A stretch of 64,000 nucleotides of DNA from a virus, in IMG/VR virus record IMGVR_UViG_3300045988_155525. One strand, written 5' to 3'. The notes beneath the pieces are model-generated. The model had not been told where the DNA came from, ran no database searches, and worked only from the letters and a program-made list of their open reading frames with translations. Positions within the stretch are counted from its first letter, which is position 1; each line of letters opens with the position of its first letter. Positions 47,108 to 52,728 of this stretch are shown piece after piece. A program made the position numbers and the translations under genes.

Positions 47108-47443
47108 ATGGAACAAAATCAAGAAAACAAAAGGGAATTTCAAAAGTGGGTACTTAAATGTATCCTAATAATAGTGGGAACAATTACCCTTGGTATATTA
47201 ATCACTATGCCAGATAAGAAACCCATTAGAACTCCACCAGCAAGTTTTGATGAAAGACCTCCTAAGTGGGACCCAGTAAAGGATGGACCATTCATATTCA
47301 ATGGTATGATTATTACTGATACCACTTTGATAGAGGAAATCAGGTCTATCCAAAGAACCTTTGAAAACCTCGACAAATATCAAAGAGTAGGTACTCTAGA
47401 GTTTGATGAAGAGGGTAACTCTACCTTCACACCAAGTAAGTAA
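47108..47443 (+). CDS. Hypothetical single-pass membrane protein
   Basis: 111 aa with the hydrophobic helix VLKCILIIVGTITLGILITM. It is bracketed by a 13-bp long-range inverted repeat. Confidence 0.6.
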   Translation: MEQNQENKREFQKWVLKCILIIVGTITLGILITMPDKKPIRTPPASFDERPPKWDPVKDGPFIFNGMIITDTTLIEEIRSIQRTFENLDKYQRVGTLEFDEEGNSTFTPSK

Positions 47444-47484
47444 CCAATAAAAGGATACACCCTCTTCTTATCCTTAAAATTTAA

Positions 47485-47778
47485 ACCATAACTAAGTTAG
47501 AATCAGAACAGAAGATAAAGGAACTCTATAGGGAAATAAAGAACCTTAAAAATCAAAAAGAATCCATAAACCAAATTATCCAGAATGAAATCCAAAATAC
47601 CTTCTACACCCAATGGTTAAAACTAAACCGACAACTCCTAGAAAAGTATTTATCACAAAACCTAAGGATAGAAATAAATACTGGATATCAGGGATACTTT
47701 GAAATCAACCCATACCTGGGTGAAAATATCCTAACTTGGGCTGATGGTTATATTGACCAAGAACCCAATCTCTTATAA
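47485..47778 (+). pseudogene. 97-codon stop-free frame with no ATG/GTG/TTG (start-disabled gene or non-canonical ATA start)
   Basis: The frame is open from the TAA at 47482-47484 to the TAA at 47776-47778. The translation is protein-like (TITKLESEQKIKELYREIKNLKNQKES...GYQGYFEINPYLGENILTWADGYIDQEPNLL). An ATA at 47488 sits where a start would be expected. Confidence 0.35.
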
Positions 47779-47823
47779 TCTTAAAGAACCACCAAACATA
47801 AAAAAACCAAATAAAAAATAATA

Positions 47824-47853
47824 AAGGTACCTAATATACTAAATAGGTACCTT
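47824..47853. promoter_or_regulatory. GGTACC-core hairpin b (terminator-like when read on the minus strand)
   Basis: AAGGTACCTA (47824-47833) pairs with TAGGTACCTT (47844-47853) around a 10-nt loop. An A/T-rich tract on the left becomes a U-rich tail for minus-strand transcripts. Confidence 0.55.
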
Positions 47854-48059
47854 AAATTTGTGATAATAAATATAAAGTATATAAATATAGGATTAATATA
47901 AAGAGGGGATAAAGGATAGGATATTATATAATAAGGATAAAAGGTAAAAAATCAGTTTTTTATATTTCATTCATTTTTAAGACCTTGATACCTAAAAATT
48001 AGGGGTTGCAATTTTGATAAATTCTTGTTTTTTACAAGGTTTTTATATTGTTTTTATAT

Positions 48060-48235
48060 TGAAGTTAGATGTCAGAGCCTCCGGAAAAACACCGGGGAGG
48101 TTTCGGATTAATAGGGGGGTAACTATGTTCGTACACTATAGCCACATAGCTAGAAAGCTCATCTGTTGACTTTTTAAGGCCCTCCATCCGACAGCCTTTT
48201 TGGCCATCCTGGCTCAATAAAATCTTCTAGGATTA
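48060..48235. ncRNA. GC-rich island, candidate structured RNA or protein-binding locus (strand unresolved)
   Basis: A patch of locally much higher G+C inside ORF-free AT-rich DNA. It shows hairpin CCTCCGG/CCGGGGAGG, long-range TCGGAT/ATCCGA plus GGGGGG/CCCTCC, and CTATG/CATAG. No ORF longer than 17 codons. Confidence 0.3.
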
Positions 48236-48466
48236 TACTTATCAAATTTTAAAAAGTATCAACAAACCATATATAACATATATCTAACTTATACTTTTCT
48301 CATTTCCTAGAGATTACTAAGTTATCGCCCCTCTTAATTATACTAAAACTTAAAAATAATCTCTAGAAGGCATATTTAAATAACCCAATTTTTAGGCCTA
48401 TTTTAATCAAAAAACCTAAAAATAAACCTAAAGAAAAAAGATAGGAAAAAATCCTCGGTACCTAAA

Positions 48467-49312
48467 CCTTACTTTATATTTATTATATATATATATAAGT
48501 AATATATTGAAAAAATTTAGGTATTCAAATATACTCATTTGTTGGGTGGTTTTTCAAAATAGGAGTATTTTTCTTATAGTATATATTATATATAATATAA
48601 ATGAAATTTTTGAAGGTATGGTTTTATTAGTAGTTTTGAGTATGTTTTACATTTTGGGTATTTTTGTTTTAGTATATATTATATAAGAATTGGGAGAATT
48701 TTTGAAACTTGAGTGACTTTAAGTATATTTTTAAGAGTTGGCTTTTTATAGATTTTAGTATTCCCTATATATTATATATAATAGGGTAGGTTGGCTTTTG
48801 GGGTTGGTATATTAGGTACCTTTATTATTTTAGGTTTCATGTTCCTTGGTTATTTTTTGTTTTTAGTAAATACCTAAGCCTTAGTACATTAGTACTCTAT
48901 ATCAATTATTATAAAGGCCTAAAGTCCTAAAGACCGATTAGGCTTAATATCTCCAAGGCCTATTAGGATATTCCTACCTTACCTTTACTTTATATTTATT
49001 ATATATATATAATAAGGACTAAAAAAATTCTAAACTCTAAAAACCCAGCTACAATTGGAGTTTTCAAAAATGGCCTTATATAGGCCTATATAGAATATAT
49101 TATATATAGGTATATAATTTATCTTACCTTTAATTCTACTCTCTTATATAAATACCCATATATTAATCTTTATATACCTTTATACCCATATCCTTATATT
49201 ATTATATTTAGTGAATATCCCATACTTCAAGGATTATCAAAAAAAACCTGGCTACAATATGAGTTGGTTTTTTGAGCCTTATGTAGGCCGATATGGAATA
49301 TATTATAAAGGG
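48467..49312. repeat. Degenerate ~92-bp periodic repeat array with AT-palindrome cores
   Basis: TATATATTATATA-like cores lie near 48490, 48585, 48678, 48772, 49008, 49100 and 49300. Units 48511-48600 and 48601-48690 share GTATTTTT(C/G)TT(A/T)TAGTATATATTATATA. A ~31-nt repeat CCTT(T)ACTTTATATTTATTATATATATATA occurs at 48467-48497 and 48982-49012. A ~70-nt repeat occurs at ~49045-49112 and ~49245-49312. Confidence 0.75.
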
Positions 49313-49410
49313 GTATGTAATAAAAACTCTATAAATTTAATTTATCCGAACCTTTATGGTTTATAAAAAAATGCAATATCGAAAATCTCAAAAAAATTTG
49401 CAGGGGAGCA

Positions 49411-49443
49411 ATATTATTTATATATTTGCATAAACAAAAGGGA
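49411..49443 (+). promoter_or_regulatory. Conserved phage promoter copy, variant A
   Basis: ATATTATTTATATATTTGCATAAACAAAAGGG with the -7 box at 49421-49428. The shared leader runs to ATGGAAA at 49472. Confidence 0.65.
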
Positions 49444-49471
49444 ATTTAATTAATCACTAAAAATTATCACT

Positions 49472-49690
49472 ATGGAAAACAAAAACATTTTTAAAAAACT
49501 TTTTGATTACATATATATGGGAAAGGACAATATTTTTAAAAAAATATGTCGCTATATATATTGGATTGGTCTTTGTATAAAACATTACACAAAGAAATTC
49601 TTTATTTATTGGATACCAAATATTTTTCATTTAAAAAGGGCATGGAAAAATAATTGGATATTTGATGCCGAAAATGATTTTATTCGGTAA
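49472..49690 (+). CDS. Hypothetical small protein
   Basis: 72-aa ORF bracketed by a promoter copy and a terminator. Confidence 0.6.
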   Translation: MENKNIFKKLFDYIYMGKDNIFKKICRYIYWIGLCIKHYTKKFFIYWIPNIFHLKRAWKNNWIFDAENDFIR

Positions 49691-49700
49691 AAAAACTATG

Positions 49701-49731
49701 GGGGAGATTCAAAAAAATCTCCCCATTTATT
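49701..49731 (+). terminator. Hairpin terminator
   Basis: GGGGAGATT (49701-49709) pairs with AATCTCCCC (49716-49724), followed by ATTTATTT. Confidence 0.6.
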
Positions 49732-49744
49732 TGCAAATAACTCA

Positions 49745-49775
49745 AATCTCCCTTATATTTGCATAACAAACAAAA
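49745..49775 (+). promoter_or_regulatory. Conserved phage promoter copy (divergent)
   Basis: AATCTCCCTTATATTTGCATAACAAACAAAA with the -7 box at 49754-49761. Confidence 0.5.
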
Positions 49776-49852
49776 AGGAAATAGAAAGGGTTAAAGAAAT
49801 CCATAAAAATCTCCTTCCTATATTCCCTCCTAATAAATAATAAAGGATTTTT

Positions 49853-50299
49853 ATGGTATATGCTATGGAAGAAATGGTTAAGGAAATGGTAAAAACCAAT
49901 GAAGAGGTAAAAACCAATGCAAATGCCAAAAAGGCAAGGACAACTACCAAAAAAACCAATGCCAAACCTTCAGTATCGGATATCCTTAAAATAGGGAATA
50001 CCATTTTAACATCCGAAAAGAATTCCAAACAAGGTATATATAAAAGGGAATTATTCTTGGATTGCAAGGATGATAAAGAAAAGAAAAGTTTACGTATCAA
50101 ACTTAGACGTAAATTGAAAAACTTTTTGGGTGCATTCCTTCAAAATGAAAAGAATCCTGAAAAAATATCCGAAATCAAAAAGGAATGGCAAAACTATGCC
50201 AAACAGGTATATAATAATGTAGAAATTATTATGGATGGTAATACAAGCAATGATAATGCAGAACTTTGCAAAAGGTTTTTGAAGGCAATGAGTAAATAG
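49853..50299 (+). CDS. Hypothetical basic protein
   Basis: 148-aa ORF downstream of a promoter copy and followed by a terminator. The exact start (49853 or 49865) is uncertain. Confidence 0.6.
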   Translation: MVYAMEEMVKEMVKTNEEVKTNANAKKARTTTKKTNAKPSVSDILKIGNTILTSEKNSKQGIYKRELFLDCKDDKEKKSLRIKLRRKLKNFLGAFLQNEKNPEKISEIKKEWQNYAKQVYNNVEIIMDGNTSNDNAELCKRFLKAMSK

Positions 50300-50317
50300 G
50301 TAAGTAAAAGTTAAATA

Positions 50318-50364
50318 ATAGGGGATAGGTCTAGGTTTTAGATTTGTCCCCTATTTTTATTTTG
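50318..50364 (+). terminator. Rho-independent terminator
   Basis: ATAGGGGA (50318-50325) pairs with TCCCCTAT (50347-50354), followed by TTTTTATTTT. Confidence 0.65.
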
Positions 50365-50703
50365 AAAGGTTAAATAAAAGGGGATACCGTTCCCCCCTTT
50401 AAATACGTAGCCTTTTTTATCCCTAAGGGAGCCCCCTTTTTTTCCTTATATATCCTTTTTTTATAATTCCTATTAATCCTATCCTTATCTTTTTTAGTTC
50501 CCTTATTAAAAATCCTTCTTCTTATCATTGGGTAGTGATTTTTTTTAATTTATAGGATTAACCTATTGAAGAGTATATTATAATAATCCTTATCCTTTTT
50601 TTATAAGGTAATTTATATTGTACTTTTATTATTGAATAAATACCTCTTTTTATATATTTATTTTATTTGGTTTTTTTTGTGTTTGGGGTGGGTATGGGTA
50701 TAC

Positions 50704-50743
50704 ACAAAAAAATAGGTACCGAATTTCTCAATCAGGTACCTAT
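50704..50743 (-). terminator. GGTACC-core hairpin c, minus-strand rho-independent terminator
   Basis: ATAGGTACC (50712-50720) pairs with GGTACCTAT (50735-50743). On the minus strand a T7 run follows directly (plus-strand A7 at 50705-50711), downstream of the minus-strand gene cassette. Confidence 0.7.
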
Positions 50744-50822
50744 CCAAACTCATAAATTTTAAATCACTAATGCTATGGAACAAAGGATTGTTGTTACATA
50801 TCCAAAGTAAAATAGTTGAATA

Positions 50823-51020
50823 TTATTTTTTTCTATTTACTAAAGCTAGGATGGCAGTTATTATTAATCCCAATATACCTATTGGAGATATTACCCATAT
50901 ACCAAACATAGTCATAGCATATCTGGTTTTATTTAGGGCTGAATCTTTCCTAACTACACTACTTACCCATAGAGTAAATAAAAAACCCAAAGAATATATT
51001 ATTAGTAATGTTAAATACAT
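50823..51020 (-). CDS. Small two-TMD membrane protein (class II holin-like)
   Basis: 65 aa with two hydrophobic helices (LTLLIIYSLGFLFTLWV and GIWVISPIGILGLIITAILAL) and a charged C-end NRKK. It is the last gene of the minus-strand cassette. Confidence 0.45.
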   Translation of the reverse strand: MYLTLLIIYSLGFLFTLWVSSVVRKDSALNKTRYAMTMFGIWVISPIGILGLIITAILALVNRKK

Positions 51021-51199
51021 AATAAAGTTATTATGAAGGTTAATATTAATAATTTTACTAGAAATTTACTAGACTCCTTTTTATATTGCTCTTTATCTTC
51101 TTCTTTTAATAAGTTATGAAGGCAAAATAAATCACCAACACAATTTATTATTTTAGTCCAAAAGGCTGTATTTATTAAAAATCCCAATTTACCCCACAT
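51011..51199 (-). CDS. Small C-terminally anchored membrane protein
   Basis: 62 aa with the C-terminal hydrophobic segment LVKLLILTFIITLLCI. It overlaps the next minus-strand gene by 10 nt. Confidence 0.45.
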   Translation of the reverse strand: MWGKLGFLINTAFWTKIINCVGDLFCLHNLLKEEDKEQYKKESSKFLVKLLILTFIITLLCI

Positions 51200-51200
51200 A

Positions 51201-51515
51201 TCATGATATCTTTTTGATTAGTTTATCTAATTTATGGTAAATAAGTAAGGTACTTTCTTTAGAACAAATCTTATACATGTTCTGGATTTTATTTAAAAGT
51301 TTGGGTATATTGGACTTGGCTAATAAAAAATCATATAATTCCTGTGAAAATGGGGTTATGGTTACTGAATTACTGTTAATTGGTTTCAAATCTCTGTTCA
51401 TTTTGATTTGGTTATCCAAATAATATACTTTATTTTCTACCTTAGTTATCTTACACCTTTCAAAATGGGCATAACCTGTTACAATAAATTCATCACCTAC
51501 GTTTAATTTAGCCAT
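51201..51515 (-). CDS. Hypothetical protein
   Basis: 104-aa ORF, first gene of the minus-strand cassette, divergent from the methyltransferase-like gene. Confidence 0.55.
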   Translation of the reverse strand: MAKLNVGDEFIVTGYAHFERCKITKVENKVYYLDNQIKMNRDLKPINSNSVTITPFSQELYDFLLAKSNIPKLLNKIQNMYKICSKESTLLIYHKLDKLIKKIS

Positions 51516-51601
51516 ATTTCTGTTGATTTATATTAAAATTATCATAAGAATATAGAACTTTGCAATACCAGTTTGTATATTAATATATAAATTCTTATTC
51601 T

Positions 51602-52612
51602 ATGAAGACAAAATTGAGTGTATTAGGAGTATGTGGAGCTCAAGGAGCTTTATTATTCCCCTTTAGGAAACAATTGTTGGCTAATATTGAGCCAAGACCC
51701 ATTTTTCATACTAAAAATGAAGAACAATGGAAGCTTAATTTTAAAGATATTCCATTTTTAAGGAGTTTAGAACAGTATAATGGTCCTAATCCTGACATAA
51801 TTTTGGGTTCTCCCTCCTGTGGACATAGTAGTGTATTCAGTTATTCAAGGAAAAAGAGGTTAGGAAACCCAAAAGAAGATAAAACCCTGAATTTGTTTGT
51901 GGAATCCATCCTAAAATTTAAGCCCAAAGTGTTTTTATTAGAGAATTTACCCAAATTAATGGATGTTATACCTCAAAAAGATTGGGAAAAAACCTTACCT
52001 GGTTATAATATAATTACACATTGCCATTCGGTAATAGATTTTGGTAACTCCCAAAAATCAAGAAAAAGATTAATTTTAATAGGGGCCAGAATTAATTCTA
52101 GAATATCAATAGAGAATTTTTTAAATATATTCCAAGTAACTACTCCACGATTAGTTTCTGAAATTCTAGAAAAGGTTAGAAATGATTATAATTTTAGAGA
52201 AGAACCAAATAAAGTTCTTAGTATGTATCATTATGCTGATAAAAGTAAGACTAACTTATCAGTTGAACAAGTTCAAAATTTATGGAATACAGAATTTAAA
52301 AATGAGTATAGGTGGCCAATGAAAAATCATAAGATGGTAACCTTACCAGGAGTATATAGAAATCAACTTAATAGTTACCCTTTAACCATAAGACCTGCTA
52401 ATAGGCAATTTAATCCAGATGGTTCAATCATAGGTTTAGAGGACACTAGAATTATAATGGGTTTCCCTAAAAAATTTAAAGTGTATTTTGACCCAAATAA
52501 TAGGACCTATTGGTTAAATAAAGGAAGAAATACTTTGGCAAAAGGTTCGGTATATGAGGTAGGGGTTTGGTTTAAAAAATGCCTTAGGATGGCAACCAAA
52601 ACTAGGGCCTAG
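51602..52612 (+). CDS. DNA cytosine-C5 methyltransferase-like protein (divergent motif IV)
   Basis: Motif I-like LGVCGAQG, motif IV-like GSPSCGHSS (canonical GPPCQ), motif VI FLLENLPKL and motif VIII-like NSQKSRKRLILIG. Confidence 0.55.
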   Translation: MKTKLSVLGVCGAQGALLFPFRKQLLANIEPRPIFHTKNEEQWKLNFKDIPFLRSLEQYNGPNPDIILGSPSCGHSSVFSYSRKKRLGNPKEDKTLNLFVESILKFKPKVFLLENLPKLMDVIPQKDWEKTLPGYNIITHCHSVIDFGNSQKSRKRLILIGARINSRISIENFLNIFQVTTPRLVSEILEKVRNDYNFREEPNKVLSMYHYADKSKTNLSVEQVQNLWNTEFKNEYRWPMKNHKMVTLPGVYRNQLNSYPLTIRPANRQFNPDGSIIGLEDTRIIMGFPKKFKVYFDPNNRTYWLNKGRNTLAKGSVYEVGVWFKKCLRMATKTRA

Positions 52613-52712
52613 AATCAATAAAAATACATAGTTATATATATTATAATATATATAAAAAAAATTCACCAAATCCTAATCAAGTATATATACTATGTATATA
52701 TAAAAAGTTCCC

Positions 52713-52724
52713 CGCGTATACGCG
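52713..52724. other. GC-rich perfect palindrome CGCGTATACGCG within alternating Pu/Py tract
   Basis: A 12-bp perfect palindrome. With the flanking CG it forms 14 nt of strictly alternating pyrimidine-purine. AT palindromes precede it, for example the 22-nt TATATATATTATAATATATATA near 52634-52657. Confidence 0.9.
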
Positions 52725-52728
52725 CGCC

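Noticed and set aside
48467-49312. The possibility that the periodic repeats are a CRISPR array
   Set aside because: The repeats are degenerate and ~92 bp in period. There is no conserved 25-40-nt repeat alternating with unique spacers, and no cas genes are present in the window.
41666-50100. Antisense ORFs 41666-41887, 41897-42097, 42828-43211, 42835-43095, 45381-45566, 47140-47376, 47198-47383 and 49753-50100
   Set aside because: The + strand partners have conserved promoters, leaders and terminators. The 115-aa ORF 49753-50100 would start inside the + strand gene and read across its promoter copy. Its composition is low-complexity and hydrophobic.
50673-50711. G-rich loop GGGGTGGGTATGGG as a G-quadruplex
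   Set aside because: There are only three G runs of three or more. The tract sits in the loop of an A/T stem (TTTTTTTGTG / CACAAAAAAA) adjacent to hairpin c, so it is more simply part of a tandem terminator.
50770-51036. Plus-strand ORF 50770-51036 (88 aa)
   Set aside because: It overlaps the minus-strand two-TMD ORF. The minus-strand reading fits a three-gene cassette with its own terminator (hairpin c). The + strand version has no promoter copy and is the hydrophobic mirror image.
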